NCBI GenBank assembly: GCA_963676565.1
Contig: OY781089.1
Location: 3,136,001-3,200,000 of the forward strand
DNA from: Halarcobacter sp.
GTDB taxonomy: Bacteria; Campylobacterota; Campylobacteria; Campylobacterales; Arcobacteraceae
Reading direction: 5' to 3'
DNA: 64,000 nucleotides
The translations under genes and the position numbers were made by a program. Shown here piece after piece: positions 19,805 through 30,812 of the stretch (position 1 is the first letter of the stretch; every line of letters begins with the position of its first letter). The notes below the pieces were generated by a model. That model was given only the letters and a program-made list of their open reading frames with translations, was not told the origin of the DNA and ran no database searches.

Positions 19805-20104
19805 ATGGATTCACAAACACAGATGATTATTGTACTTATTATTGTACTAACTGCATCTTTTTTAACATGGAAGATGATAAAAGATTTTTATAAAGAAAAA
19901 TTTCATATGGTTTTTACCCATTTGATTGCTGTAACAACAGCATCATTTATGTTTTTATCTAGTATGTCTTTATTTGTTCCAAGAAACTATCAAAGGGGAA
20001 CTAGTCCTGAAGTTGAGATAAGTTTTACTGCAATTGCAATTGTTATTGCAATGTTAGTGGTGATTTTTTTCTTTTTTAGATACTTACCTAATAGAAGCAA
20101 ATAA
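19805..20104 (+). CDS. Hypothetical 3-TM membrane protein
   Basis: GGGAG RBS; three hydrophobic segments. Confidence 0.75.
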   Translation: MDSQTQMIIVLIIVLTASFLTWKMIKDFYKEKFHMVFTHLIAVTTASFMFLSSMSLFVPRNYQRGTSPEVEISFTAIAIVIAMLVVIFFFFRYLPNRSK

Positions 20105-20105
20105 T

Positions 20106-22946
20106 TTAGTTTTTCTTTTCCAAAATCGTTAAAGTATCTTCAAAGCTTAATGGTTTTGAGAAAAGATAACCTTGTCCAAGATTACAATTTATAGATTGTA
20201 AAAACTCTTCTTGCTCTTTATATTCTATCCCCTCTGCAACAACACTAAAACCTAAACTTTTTGATAAAACAACAATTGCTTTTACAATTTGAACATTATT
20301 ATTATCATCAGGTGTTCCATCAATAAATGATTTATCTACTTTTATAATATCAATTGGGAATTTAGTTAAATATCCCATTGATGAGTAACCTGTACCAAAA
20401 TCATCAATAGAAAATCTAAAACCTAAATCTCTCAATTCATCCATGGTATTTAAATTACTTTGAGAATATTCCATAACATATCGTTCAGTAACTTCTAGTT
20501 CAATCTCACTTGGTTTTAAATTATATCTGCAAACAATATAGAAAATATCATTAACAAAATTTTTATCTTTAAATTGAACACTTGAAATATTTATAGCTAT
20601 ATATTTTAGATTTTTATTTACTTTTTTAAATTCAACAAAATCTTTACAAGCTTGTTCAAATACAAATTTACCAATCTCATAAATCATACCATTATCTTCA
20701 GCTATTGGAATAAATTTGTCAGGTCTTACATAACCTAAGTCTTTACTTTGCCATCTAACTAAAGCTTCAAAAGAGGTCACTTCCTTAGTATCTAAGTTAT
20801 ATTGAGGTTGATAATTTAAATAAAATTCATTATTAGAAATAGCAGATTTTAATGCTTGTTCAATTTTAAGTTGGGCGTGAACATCAAGTGAAAGTTTTTC
20901 ATCATAAAATTGGTAATTGTTTTTTCCTAATTTTTTAGCATAGTACATAGCAGTATCCGCATTTTTAATAAGAGATGTGATATCTTTTCCATCTTCAGGA
21001 AAAACTGCAATACCAATACTTGCCGTTGTATTTAGATTATTTCCCTCTATGATAATAGGTTCTTTAATTATATTTAATATCTTTTCACAAACAAAACCTG
21101 CACCTTTTTTATTTCTAGAGGTATCCAATACTACAATAAACTCATCACCACCCATTCTAGCTAAGATATCAGTTTCCCTTAAAACAGATTTTATTCTATT
21201 TCCAACAATTTTTAATAACTCATCACCAATTCCATGACCTAAAGTGTCATTGATTATTTTAAACCTATCTAAATCGATAAATAAAACAAAAATTTCAAGT
21301 TCATTTCTAGTGGCAATATTAATTGTATATTCTAAATCTGATTCTAGTTTTAGTCTATTTGGTAAAGAGGTTAAACTATCATGATAAGCTAGGAATTCAG
21401 CCTTTTTCTGAGATTTAATTATCTCTTGCAAACTTGTGTGAACAGCTATGTATCTTGATATTTCTCCATTATTGTTCTTAATTGCAGATATGTTAAGCCA
21501 AATAGGAATCATCTCCCCTGACTTTTTCTTATCATATACTTTCCCTCTCCAAGAACCTTTATCTTTTATATCTTGCCACATTTTTTTATAAAAAATAAAA
21601 TCATGGAAACCAGATTTAAATAAGCTTGGTTTTTCTCCAATTAATTCACTTTTTGAGTATCCTAAAATTGATTCGAAAGCTCTATTTACGGTTAATATCT
21701 TTTTATCAGCACCACATATTAAAATACCCTCTTTGATATTTTCAAATATAGCAGCTGAAAGTTTCAACTCTTCACTTTGTTCTATATATTCAGTAATGTC
21801 AAGTTTTATAGCCAAATAGTTTGTAATTTTTCCATCAATTTTAATAGGAACAATGGAAGCTTTTTCATAAAACAAAGTTCCATCTTTTTTCTTGTTTACA
21901 AATTCACCTTCCCATTTATCACCATTTTCAAGCTTTTCATTTAAATCATCATACACCTCTTGAGGTGTGTCCCCGGAACTTAAAACATCAGGTGATTGAC
22001 CAAAAACATCATCTTTTTGATACCCGGTTATTTTTTCAAAATTATCATTAACATATAAAATATTTTTCTTTGCATCTGTCAAAACAATTGAATTATCACT
22101 ATTTTCAACGGCATATTTAAATGCAGCTAATTCACTTTTAACTTTTTTAGCTTTTATATGCTGTTTATACATTAAATATAAAATTATGATAATTAAAATA
22201 AAGAAAATAAAGGCAATAAAAAATTGATATTTTAATTTCTCATTGTAAATTTTTTCTAAATTTAATTGTGATTTTTGGATATAAGCTAATAAATTTAAAT
22301 CATATATCTCTACTTTTAACTTTTCTAAAAAATTTAGATTTTCTATAAACTTTTTTGAATGTACGATAAAAAGTTGGTCTTTATCAGTTAAATGATTTTT
22401 ATTTTGCTTTTCTAATTTGTTTATTAAATTAATTATATCTTTTTCATTTTTATTAATTTTAATAAATTCTTGCATTATTAAAAAAGTAATCTCTTCAAAA
22501 AGCTTCTTTTTTTCTTCTTTTATATTTTTAGGTAAAAGATGATTTAATTCATATATATAATGTAAAGAGTTTAAAAGTGATGCTTGTCTAGATTTAAATC
22601 TTTCCATTAGTTCTGTTTTTTGTAAAAATAGATCTTTGATTTTTTTAATATTTAAATAAAACTCTTCCCCAAACTCTTTTTCTACATCTTTTTTTAAAAT
22701 ATCTTCTAAAGAATTTTCAAAATCATTTGTTTGGGAAACTATAGTATCAAAGTTTATAAACTTATCTCTTTTTTCTAAAAAGTTATTTATAAAAAGATTT
22801 GAAATCATCATTTTATTTAAGTTATTTTTATAGTTTTCATAACTTGATTTACTGTTTTCTAAAAAGAAAAGATATGAGAATAAGCCTATAACTACTACAC
22901 TAAAAAAAAACAGTTGAACTATAAATGAATCTTTAATCTTAATCAC
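20106..22946 (-). CDS. Membrane-bound PAS-PAS-GGDEF-EAL protein with helical periplasmic (DAHL-like) domain
   Basis: 2 TM, two PAS/PAC, RETD I-site + GGDEF, EALVRW, DDFGTGYSS. Confidence 0.92.
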   Translation of the reverse strand: MIKIKDSFIVQLFFFSVVVIGLFSYLFFLENSKSSYENYKNNLNKMMISNLFINNFLEKRDKFINFDTIVSQTNDFENSLEDILKKDVEKEFGEEFYLNIKKIKDLFLQKTELMERFKSRQASLLNSLHYIYELNHLLPKNIKEEKKKLFEEITFLIMQEFIKINKNEKDIINLINKLEKQNKNHLTDKDQLFIVHSKKFIENLNFLEKLKVEIYDLNLLAYIQKSQLNLEKIYNEKLKYQFFIAFIFFILIIIILYLMYKQHIKAKKVKSELAAFKYAVENSDNSIVLTDAKKNILYVNDNFEKITGYQKDDVFGQSPDVLSSGDTPQEVYDDLNEKLENGDKWEGEFVNKKKDGTLFYEKASIVPIKIDGKITNYLAIKLDITEYIEQSEELKLSAAIFENIKEGILICGADKKILTVNRAFESILGYSKSELIGEKPSLFKSGFHDFIFYKKMWQDIKDKGSWRGKVYDKKKSGEMIPIWLNISAIKNNNGEISRYIAVHTSLQEIIKSQKKAEFLAYHDSLTSLPNRLKLESDLEYTINIATRNELEIFVLFIDLDRFKIINDTLGHGIGDELLKIVGNRIKSVLRETDILARMGGDEFIVVLDTSRNKKGAGFVCEKILNIIKEPIIIEGNNLNTTASIGIAVFPEDGKDITSLIKNADTAMYYAKKLGKNNYQFYDEKLSLDVHAQLKIEQALKSAISNNEFYLNYQPQYNLDTKEVTSFEALVRWQSKDLGYVRPDKFIPIAEDNGMIYEIGKFVFEQACKDFVEFKKVNKNLKYIAINISSVQFKDKNFVNDIFYIVCRYNLKPSEIELEVTERYVMEYSQSNLNTMDELRDLGFRFSIDDFGTGYSSMGYLTKFPIDIIKVDKSFIDGTPDDNNNVQIVKAIVVLSKSLGFSVVAEGIEYKEQEEFLQSINCNLGQGYLFSKPLSFEDTLTILEKKN

Positions 22947-22952
22947 AAAAAA

Positions 22953-23867
22953 CTACTTTATAATCTTTAATTGACCCGTTAAGGTTTTCAAAAAAGCAGT
23001 TATTTTATTAATCTCTTCATCATTCATTGGTCTACCAAGTTGAACTAATGCCATAGTTTTTACAGCATTTTTTAAATCATTTTCTCTTCCATCATGAAAA
23101 TATGGTGATGTTAACGCTATATTTCTAAGTGTTGGAACTTTAAAATAAAACTTATCATCTTCATTTTTTGTAATATTATATCTTCCAAAATTTAAATTAT
23201 TTACATCTACAACTGCACCAAAGATATTATAATGATTCCCACCAATATTTATTCCATGATGACACGTTATACAACCTTTATCTTTAAACAGTTTAAATCC
23301 TTCTTTTTCATATTTAGTTATTGCTTTTTCATCTCCATTTAAATATTTATCAAATCTTGAATTTGGAGTTATTAAAGTTTTTTCAAACTCTGCTATAGCA
23401 TCTAAAATATTATCTTTAGTTACACCATCTTTGTATACTCTAAAAAACTTACTGTAATAATGTGAATTTTTAAGTTTATATACTAAATCATTTAAGTTGT
23501 GTGCCATTTCAATTGGATTTTCAATAGGACCTAAGGCTTGCTCTTTTAAATTTTTTGCTCTACCATCCCAAAATTGCCTAAAATTAAATACTGAATTTAA
23601 AACTGTTGGAGCATTCAATTTACCAATTGCTCCTTTAACACCAACAGAAAATTGAAGTCCGTCATCACCACCATCTTCTAAATTATGACAGGTGGCACAG
23701 GATATTGTTTCATCAATTGAAAGTTTTACATCAAAGAAAAGTTCTTTCCCTAAAAGTGCTTTTTTTCTATCAATATCAATAGTTTGAGGTATAGGTAAAA
23801 TACTTACTGCAAGCAAGTTTTTACAAATAATAATATTGATTATAAGTATGAAAAAAACTCTATACAT
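22953..23867 (-). CDS. Di-heme cytochrome c peroxidase family protein
   Basis: CATCH, CITCH, NAPTVLN, QFWDGRA, FKVPTLRN; likely start ATG 23867. Confidence 0.92.
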   Translation of the reverse strand: MYRVFFILIINIIICKNLLAVSILPIPQTIDIDRKKALLGKELFFDVKLSIDETISCATCHNLEDGGDDGLQFSVGVKGAIGKLNAPTVLNSVFNFRQFWDGRAKNLKEQALGPIENPIEMAHNLNDLVYKLKNSHYYSKFFRVYKDGVTKDNILDAIAEFEKTLITPNSRFDKYLNGDEKAITKYEKEGFKLFKDKGCITCHHGINIGGNHYNIFGAVVDVNNLNFGRYNITKNEDDKFYFKVPTLRNIALTSPYFHDGRENDLKNAVKTMALVQLGRPMNDEEINKITAFLKTLTGQLKIIK

Positions 23868-23941
23868 CTGCTGTCCCAACGATTAGTAATAAACTATTAT
23901 AGCATAGCTTGGGACAAATAATAATTAAAAATTTGATTCAG

Positions 23942-24379
23942 TTATTGGCAAGCTTCACAAATACCATAAATTTGCATTGAATGACTTGTGATTCTAAATT
24001 TGTTTTTCTTTGCAATTCTTTCTTGTCTTTTTTCTATCTCTTCATCCATAAATTCTACAATTTTACCACAGTTAGTACAAATTAAATGATCATGGTGATC
24101 TTTTGTATTACTCTCATATTTTTTCCCATCTGCACCAAAAGTTATTGAAGTAATTAAATTTACTTCTTCTAAAAAACTTAAAGCCCTGTAAACAGTTGCT
24201 ATTCCAATATTAGAGTCTGGTCTTTTTGTTTTAATAAGATTATAAATCTCTTCTGCAGTTAAGTGATCATCAGCATGAAGCAAAACATTTAGAACTATTT
24301 CTCTTTGTTCTGTATATTTTAAACCCTTTTGCTTAACTATTTTTTTTAGCTCTTCAATTACCTCTTCACTTTTAACCAT
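23942..24379 (-). CDS. fur: Ferric uptake regulator
   Basis: IGIATVYR, HHDHLIC, two CxxC; divergent from feoAB. Confidence 0.93.
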   Translation of the reverse strand: MVKSEEVIEELKKIVKQKGLKYTEQREIVLNVLLHADDHLTAEEIYNLIKTKRPDSNIGIATVYRALSFLEEVNLITSITFGADGKKYESNTKDHHDHLICTNCGKIVEFMDEEIEKRQERIAKKNKFRITSHSMQIYGICEACQ

Positions 24380-24510
24380 AATAATACCTTTAAATAATTC
24401 TATAGGAATAATTATTGCAAAATATTGATTAAAGAAAGTATATTTATGATTTTTAATAATTATTATTAAAATTGAAAGTAAAGTATAAGTTAAGTTTAAT
24501 TACAATTACT

Positions 24511-24525
24511 TGATAATAATTATTA
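24511..24525. promoter_or_regulatory. Putative Fur box
   Basis: TGATAATAATTATTA vs 7-1-7 consensus TGATAATnATTATCA, ~20 nt upstream of feoA. Confidence 0.75.
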
Positions 24526-24544
24526 AAATAAATAAAGGCTCCCA

Positions 24545-24781
24545 ATGAAGTTAAGTGAACTACAAAAAGGCGAATGTGGTAAAATCATTTCAATTGATTC
24601 AGATTCTGTCCTAAAATCAAGATTCAGTTCTTTTGGAATTACTAGAAATTCACTTGTATATGTAATTGAACAAACTATTTCAAAAAATACTATTGAAATT
24701 AGAATAAATAATACGAAAATTGCATTAAGATTAAGTGAAGCAAAAACAATAGAGGTAGAAAAATCAGAATGCGAGATATAA
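24545..24781 (+). CDS. feoA: Ferrous iron transport protein A
   Basis: FeoA-size ORF, IALRLSEA, overlaps feoB start. Confidence 0.9.
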   Translation: MKLSELQKGECGKIISIDSDSVLKSRFSSFGITRNSLVYVIEQTISKNTIEIRINNTKIALRLSEAKTIEVEKSECEI

Positions 24782-26892
24782 AAAATAAAAAAACTATAAA
24801 AATTGCCTTGGTTGGACAACCAAATGTTGGTAAATCAATGCTTATCAACTCAATTTCCAATTCAAGACTAAAAGTTGGAAACTTTTCTGGAGTTACAGTA
24901 GAAAAAACTCAAATAGAATTTGAATACAAAGATTACAATTTTGAAATTACTGATTTACCTGGTTCTTATTCTTTAACTGAATATACTTTAGAAGAAAGAG
25001 TTACAAAAAACTATTTGGAAGAGGGTGTTTATGACATCATTTTAAATGTACTTGATTCAACAAACTTAGAAAGAAACCTTTACCTAACAAATGAACTATT
25101 AGCCTTAGATAAGAAAATGGTTCTAGCTTTAAATATGACTGATGAAGCAGAAAATGAGGGAATAATAATAGACGAAAAGCAATTAAGTAAAATTATTGGT
25201 AAGCCTTGTGTTAAAACCTCTGCAAAGGATAAATCAGGGATTGACGAACTAATTGATACATTAATATTAAAATATGAATCACCAAAATTCCAAACAAAAT
25301 TGATTTTTTCTGATGTTATAGAAGAAGAGATTGATAATATCAAAAGTTTATTATTTGAAAAAAGATTTAGAAGTGATATTCACTACAGAGAAATTGCAAT
25401 TAAATTATTAAAAGAGGATAAGAAAACATTTTTAAAATTCCATGATGAACCTATATGGATCGAGTTACAACCACTTTTAAGTGAAGCTTTTGAACATATA
25501 TATTTACATTATGGAACAAAAAATATTGAAGATATTTTTGAAGATGAAAAGTTTGCCTTTGCCAAAGGTGCTGTTACAGAAACAGTAAAAGAGAAAAAAG
25601 AAATTGTTGAAAAAACACTTACAGAAAAAATTGACTCAATTCTAATCCATAAATTTTTAGGACTTCCAATTTTTATCTTCTTAATGTGGGGACTTTTTCA
25701 ATTAACCTTTGAAATAGGCTCAATTCCAATGGATTTAATTGATGCTTTTTTTGCTAGTTTAATTGATAGTACAAAAGAGATTTTAGGGGATAGTCAACTA
25801 TCTTCAATTATAGCAGATGGGGCAATAGCAGGAGTTGGTGCTGTTATTTTATTCTTACCTAATATTGTTATCTTATTTTTAGGTATAGCCTTACTTGAAA
25901 CAACTGGTTATATGAGTAGAGTTGCATTTTTACTTGATGGTTTCTTTCATAAATTTGGTTTACATGGTAAATCTTTTATCCCATTAGTTACTGGTTTTGG
26001 GTGTTCAGTTCCTGCATATATGGCTGCAAGAACCTTGAAAAATGAGAGGGATAGATTACTTACTTTATTTATTATTGGATTTATGAGTTGTGGAGCAAGA
26101 CTTCCTATATATGTTCTTTTCACGGGAGCATTTTTTGCTGGAAATAACGCAGGAAATATTTTATTTCTTATATACATTGCAGGAGCAATCTTAGGTTTAA
26201 TTGCTGCTAAGGTTCTAAAAATAGTTGTATTCAAAAGTGAAGATGAACCATTTGTAATGGAGATGCCAAAATATAGAATGCCTTCATTTAAATTAATTTG
26301 GCATACTGTTTCAAATCAAGCATTAATGTATCTAAAAAAAGCTGGTACATATATTCTAGCAGCTTCAATTTTAATCTGGTTTGCTTCAAACTATCCTAAA
26401 TATCCAGAGTATGAAGAACAAATAAATCAAAAAATAGAATTAGCAACATCTGAAGAGGAAAGATACGAATTACAAAATACTCTAACTCAATATAATCTTG
26501 AAAATTCATATTTAGGGAAAGTTGGTAAATTTACTGAACCACTTTTTGCACCCCTTGGATTTGATTGGAGAATGACAATAGCACTTGAAACAGGTCTTGC
26601 TGCAAAAGAAATTGTTGTATCAACATTGGGAATTTTATATGGTTTAGGTGAAGAATTAGATGAAAACAGTAAAGGATTAATTGAAAAGATTAGAAATAAT
26701 ATTCCAATAGCTTCAGCCTTAGCATTTATTGTTTTTGTAATGATTTATTTACCTTGTTTAGCTGCATCAATGGTATTTGCAAGAGAAGCAGGAGGGTGGA
26801 AGTATCTATTCTATCTATTTGTATTTACAACAACTACTGCTTGGATTTTATCCTTTATAACTTACCAAATAGCTAGTTACTTTCTAGCTTAA
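24769..26892 (+). CDS. feoB: Ferrous iron transport protein B
   Basis: GQPNVGKS, DLPGSYSL, GFGCSVPA. Confidence 0.97.
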   Translation: MRDIKNKKTIKIALVGQPNVGKSMLINSISNSRLKVGNFSGVTVEKTQIEFEYKDYNFEITDLPGSYSLTEYTLEERVTKNYLEEGVYDIILNVLDSTNLERNLYLTNELLALDKKMVLALNMTDEAENEGIIIDEKQLSKIIGKPCVKTSAKDKSGIDELIDTLILKYESPKFQTKLIFSDVIEEEIDNIKSLLFEKRFRSDIHYREIAIKLLKEDKKTFLKFHDEPIWIELQPLLSEAFEHIYLHYGTKNIEDIFEDEKFAFAKGAVTETVKEKKEIVEKTLTEKIDSILIHKFLGLPIFIFLMWGLFQLTFEIGSIPMDLIDAFFASLIDSTKEILGDSQLSSIIADGAIAGVGAVILFLPNIVILFLGIALLETTGYMSRVAFLLDGFFHKFGLHGKSFIPLVTGFGCSVPAYMAARTLKNERDRLLTLFIIGFMSCGARLPIYVLFTGAFFAGNNAGNILFLIYIAGAILGLIAAKVLKIVVFKSEDEPFVMEMPKYRMPSFKLIWHTVSNQALMYLKKAGTYILAASILIWFASNYPKYPEYEEQINQKIELATSEEERYELQNTLTQYNLENSYLGKVGKFTEPLFAPLGFDWRMTIALETGLAAKEIVVSTLGILYGLGEELDENSKGLIEKIRNNIPIASALAFIVFVMIYLPCLAASMVFAREAGGWKYLFYLFVFTTTTAWILSFITYQIASYFLA

Positions 26893-26901
26893 AAAATAGT
26901 T

Positions 26902-26929
26902 GTAAGAGTTTTTATTTTAAAACTCTTAC
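26902..26929. terminator. Bidirectional hairpin between convergent genes
   Basis: GTAAGAGTTTT-tatttt-AAAACTCTTAC. Confidence 0.7.
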
Positions 26930-27276
26930 TCTATTGAAAAAGTTGTAGTAGTTTCAATATCACCTTCGATAACTTTAAATTGCCAAAGACCTTTTTTTCT
27001 ACCTTCAACATATCTAAAATCATAAATTGAGCCATGCCCTGCAGGGAATATAATAGGTCTTTCCCTAGATATTTCACCATCAGGATCTATCCATTGAATA
27101 ATAATTTCTTTATCTTCTTCTAATCTTTCATGAAGATATTTACAAATGATTGAGTTTTCATCTTGTAAGATAAGACAATCCGCACTATTCATTTGTGTTT
27201 CATCTACAAAATTTTCCTCACCTTCGGCAAAAACAAAAGACATACAAAACAACAAACTAAAAAGTAATCTTTTCAT
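26926..27276 (-). CDS. Hypothetical secreted protein
   Basis: Signal peptide; beta-rich WIDPDG..GLWQFKV. Confidence 0.75.
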   Translation of the reverse strand: MKRLLFSLLFCMSFVFAEGEENFVDETQMNSADCLILQDENSIICKYLHERLEEDKEIIIQWIDPDGEISRERPIIFPAGHGSIYDFRYVEGRKKGLWQFKVIEGDIETTTTFSIE

Positions 27277-27320
27277 TTTATCTCACTTAAAAAATTTAAA
27301 AAATTATACCATAAAAGGTA

Positions 27321-28058
27321 TCAAGGTTCATATTTTTTCCAAATAGTTTCTTCTTTCAAAGAGACTCTATTTGTTAAAACTTCAAAGGGCTTATAATGTT
27401 CTTTATATCCCATAGAAAAATGATCTTTTATCCAATAACCTAAATAAATGTATGGGATTTTTAACTCTTTAGCAATTTTTATTTGTGCTAAAATTGAGAA
27501 TTTCCCAATAGATAAATCTTGGTAATCATGGTCATAAAAACAATATATTGAAGAGATAGACTTAGGTAAAATATCAACTAATGCAACTCCAATTAACTTT
27601 TTATCTCTAACATACAAAAACTCTTTTGTAAACTCATCTTTTCCTTGCACATAAGACCTATCATATTCAGATGGTTCAATTGGAGTATATGTCCAATCTT
27701 TCTTTTTATTCATTTCTTGATGATATTTATCATACAACTTCAAATGATCTAAAGTTAATGATGGTGCTTGAATATAAACTTTAGTATCTAAATTCTTTTT
27801 GAATACTCTTTTTTCAGAACGTGAAAATTTATAATTTTCAACATCGATTCTCATAGATATACATTTTGTGCAATTTTTACATTCTGGAACAAAATGCATC
27901 TTACCAAATCTACGCCATCCATGTTCAAGCATATTCTGATAATCTTCTTGTTCGCATTTATGAATATATCTATATCTTATATCTGAAATTTCATCATCAA
28001 AATAAGAACAATCCCTATTCTCTTCTACAAACTCTACATCTCGTTCTAAAATATGCAT
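27321..28058 (-). CDS. Arginyltransferase-family aminoacyl transferase (Bpt-like)
   Basis: CSYF, GWRRFG, CxxCxxC, SSIYCFYD, YLGYWI. Confidence 0.9.
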   Translation of the reverse strand: MHILERDVEFVEENRDCSYFDDEISDIRYRYIHKCEQEDYQNMLEHGWRRFGKMHFVPECKNCTKCISMRIDVENYKFSRSEKRVFKKNLDTKVYIQAPSLTLDHLKLYDKYHQEMNKKKDWTYTPIEPSEYDRSYVQGKDEFTKEFLYVRDKKLIGVALVDILPKSISSIYCFYDHDYQDLSIGKFSILAQIKIAKELKIPYIYLGYWIKDHFSMGYKEHYKPFEVLTNRVSLKEETIWKKYEP

Positions 28059-28060
28059 AA

Positions 28061-28801
28061 CTATTCGTTTATTTTTTCTTTTATAATTTTTGCTGTTTCA
28101 CAAATTTTGCTAATTTTTTCATTATTTGATAAACTTTCATCAATTAAATGCTTAACAAAACTACTCCCAACAATAACACCATCAACACCTTTTGACTTCT
28201 CTTTACAAGTTTTTTCATCCACACCAAAGCCAATATAAAGTGGAGTATTAGAGTATTTTTTAACTGTTTCAATTATAGTTGTTAAATCCTCTTTTTGTCC
28301 ACTTCCAGTAATACCTGCATAAGCAACCATATAAATAAACTTTTGGGCATGCTCAACAACTTTTTTAATTCTATTTTCACTATGAGTTGGAGCTACAAAG
28401 GTGATATTCGCTTTATCATACTTTTTAAATAATGAATTTAAAAGTAATGATTCTTCAAAGGGTACATCAGGAATAATCATTCCATTTACCCCATATTCTT
28501 TTGCCTTTATTAAAAAGTTTTCCATACCATAATGGAAAAATGGATTCATATAACCCATCCATAACATATCCATATTTGGTGCAATCTTTGAACTAACTTC
28601 AAATAAATCTTTTAAAGAAAACCCCGATTCTAAAGCAATATGATTTGCTTTCTCAATAACTGGACCATCTGCAACTGGATCTGAAAATGGAACTCCAAGT
28701 TCTAAAGTATCAACTCCTGCATCTTTCATACTAAGTGCTAAATCAACTGTAAAGTTGTTATCAGGAATTGAAGAAGTAATATATCCTACTAATTTTTTCA
28801 A
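28061..28801 (-). CDS. trpA: Tryptophan synthase alpha chain
   Basis: ELGVPFSDPVADGPVI, GITG, IGFG, DGVIVGS. Confidence 0.95.
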   Translation of the reverse strand: MKKLVGYITSSIPDNNFTVDLALSMKDAGVDTLELGVPFSDPVADGPVIEKANHIALESGFSLKDLFEVSSKIAPNMDMLWMGYMNPFFHYGMENFLIKAKEYGVNGMIIPDVPFEESLLLNSLFKKYDKANITFVAPTHSENRIKKVVEHAQKFIYMVAYAGITGSGQKEDLTTIIETVKKYSNTPLYIGFGVDEKTCKEKSKGVDGVIVGSSFVKHLIDESLSNNEKISKICETAKIIKEKINE

Positions 28802-28965
28802 AATTTAAATCCTATAAAATATTTCATTTTGAAGAAGATTTTATCGAAATTAATCTTGATTTGATATGAGTATGTGTTTAGAATATATTTTTTAAGTTTT
28901 ACAAAATAATAACAAGGAGAATTTTGATACAATATTCCTAAATTTATACAAATTAGGGAAGCTTT

Positions 28966-29775
28966 ATGAGCATTATAAAAAACGATTTTGAGAAAATGAA
29001 TATTACTAAAATAAAAAATGCCAAAAACAATAAAAAATTAACGATGATTACCGCCTATGACGCACTTTTTGCAAGACTTTTTGAAGAAATTGCTGATATG
29101 ATTTTAGTAGGAGATAGCTTAAATATGAGTTTTGCAGGGGAAAATGACACCCTTTCAGCGACACTTGACCAAATGATTTATCATACAAATGCTGTATGTA
29201 AAGGGGCACCAAAAGCCTTTGTTATATTAGATATGCCCTTTGGGACATACATAAACAATGATGAAGCACTTAGAAACTCAATTAAAGTATACCAAAAAAC
29301 TTCTGCTGCAGCTATTAAAATAGAAGGTGGTGAAGATAGAGCTGATATAATTAAACATCTTACTTCAAACTCAATTGCAGTTATGGGACATATTGGTTTA
29401 ATGCCTCAATATGTAAGAAGTGAAGGTGGTTATAAAGTTAGAGGAAAAACAAAAGAAGATGAAGAGCAACTTGTACGTGATGCTATTGCTGTTGAAAAAG
29501 CGGGTGCCTTTGCAATTGTAATTGAAGGGGTAAAAAGTGAAGTGGCTAAAAAAATCACCCAAGCAGTTTCTATCCCAACAATTGGAATTGGTGCTGGAAA
29601 TGTAACTGATGGACAAGTTTTAGTCTGGTCAGATATGTTAGGTTTCTTTGAAGAGTTTAAGCCAAAATTTGTAAGACATTATTTAGATGGGGCAAATTTA
29701 GTAAAAGAAGCTGTAAACCAATATAGAAGTGATGTACAAGATAGCTCTTTTCCATCAAAAGAAGAAGAGTACTAA
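28966..29775 (+). CDS. panB: Ketopantoate hydroxymethyltransferase
   Basis: MITAYD, LVGDSL, KIEGG, TIGIGAG. Confidence 0.97.
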   Translation: MSIIKNDFEKMNITKIKNAKNNKKLTMITAYDALFARLFEEIADMILVGDSLNMSFAGENDTLSATLDQMIYHTNAVCKGAPKAFVILDMPFGTYINNDEALRNSIKVYQKTSAAAIKIEGGEDRADIIKHLTSNSIAVMGHIGLMPQYVRSEGGYKVRGKTKEDEEQLVRDAIAVEKAGAFAIVIEGVKSEVAKKITQAVSIPTIGIGAGNVTDGQVLVWSDMLGFFEEFKPKFVRHYLDGANLVKEAVNQYRSDVQDSSFPSKEEEY

Positions 29776-30812
29776 TGGAAAGAGTTGTTGAAGTAGAGCA
29801 AATATCTTTTGAAGAGGATAATGCTGAAGTTAATCTTCGTCCATCATCTTGGGATGATTATATTGGTCAAGAGAAAATAAAAAAGAATTTAAAAGTATTT
29901 ATTCAAGCTAGCAAAAAAAGAAATGAAGCTTTAGACCATATTTTATTTTATGGACCTCCTGGTCTTGGTAAAACTACACTTTCATATTTAATTTCAAATG
30001 AGATGAATTCAAATATTAAAGTAACAGCCGGGCCAATGATTGAAAAAAGTGGAGACTTAGCCGCTATTTTAACAAACCTTGAAGAGGGTGATATTCTATT
30101 TATTGATGAGATACATAGATTAAGTCCAGCTGTTGAGGAGATTTTATATCCTGCTATGGAAGATTATAGACTTGATATTATAATTGGAAGTGGTCCTGCA
30201 GCTCAAACTGTTAAAATAGATCTTCCAAGATTTACTTTAATTGGTGCGACTACAAGAGCAGGAATGTTGAGTAATCCATTAAGGGAAAGATTTGGGATGC
30301 ATTTTAGAATGCAGTTTTATACCCATGAAGAGTTAGCAAAAATCATCCAAAAAGCAGCAATAAAACTAGGAAAATTTTGTGAAGATGATGCTGCATTAGA
30401 GATTTCAAAAAGAAGTAGAGGAACTCCAAGGGTTGCATTAAGACTTTTAAGAAGAGTGAGAGATTTTTCTGAAGTTGAGAATGAAGATAGCATTCATATA
30501 AAAAGATGTAAATATGCACTTGATGAATTAGGTGTAAATGATAGTGGATTTGACGAAATGGATTTAAATCTCCTTGAACTTCTTGTTTCTAATAAAGGAA
30601 AACCTATGGGTCTTTCAACTATTGCAGCAGCTCTTAGTGAAGATGAAGGAACAATTGAAGATGCCATCGAACCTTATCTTTTAGCAAATGGTTTTATTGA
30701 AAGAACTGCTAGGGGAAGAGTTGCTTCAGTTAAAACATATGAACTTTTTAGGCTTTCATATCCAGGAAGTGAAAAACTTGATACAAATGAAAACCAAGGT
30801 CAACTATTTTGA
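29775..30812 (+). CDS. ruvB: Holliday junction helicase
   Basis: [23 protein letters not shown]. Confidence 0.98.
   Translation: MERVVEVEQISFEEDNAEVNLRPSSWDDYIGQEKIKKNLKVFIQASKKRNEALDHILFYGPPGLGKTTLSYLISNEMNSNIKVTAGPMIEKSGDLAAILTNLEEGDILFIDEIHRLSPAVEEILYPAMEDYRLDIIIGSGPAAQTVKIDLPRFTLIGATTRAGMLSNPLRERFGMHFRMQFYTHEELAKIIQKAAIKLGKFCEDDAALEISKRSRGTPRVALRLLRRVRDFSEVENEDSIHIKRCKYALDELGVNDSGFDEMDLNLLELLVSNKGKPMGLSTIAAALSEDEGTIEDAIEPYLLANGFIERTARGRVASVKTYELFRLSYPGSEKLDTNENQGQLF

Noticed and set aside
22902..22910. A9 tract near the start of the GGDEF-EAL gene as a phase-variation site
   Set aside because: In frame (FFF); A/T runs are common at this GC content and Campylobacterota phase variation mostly uses poly-G/C
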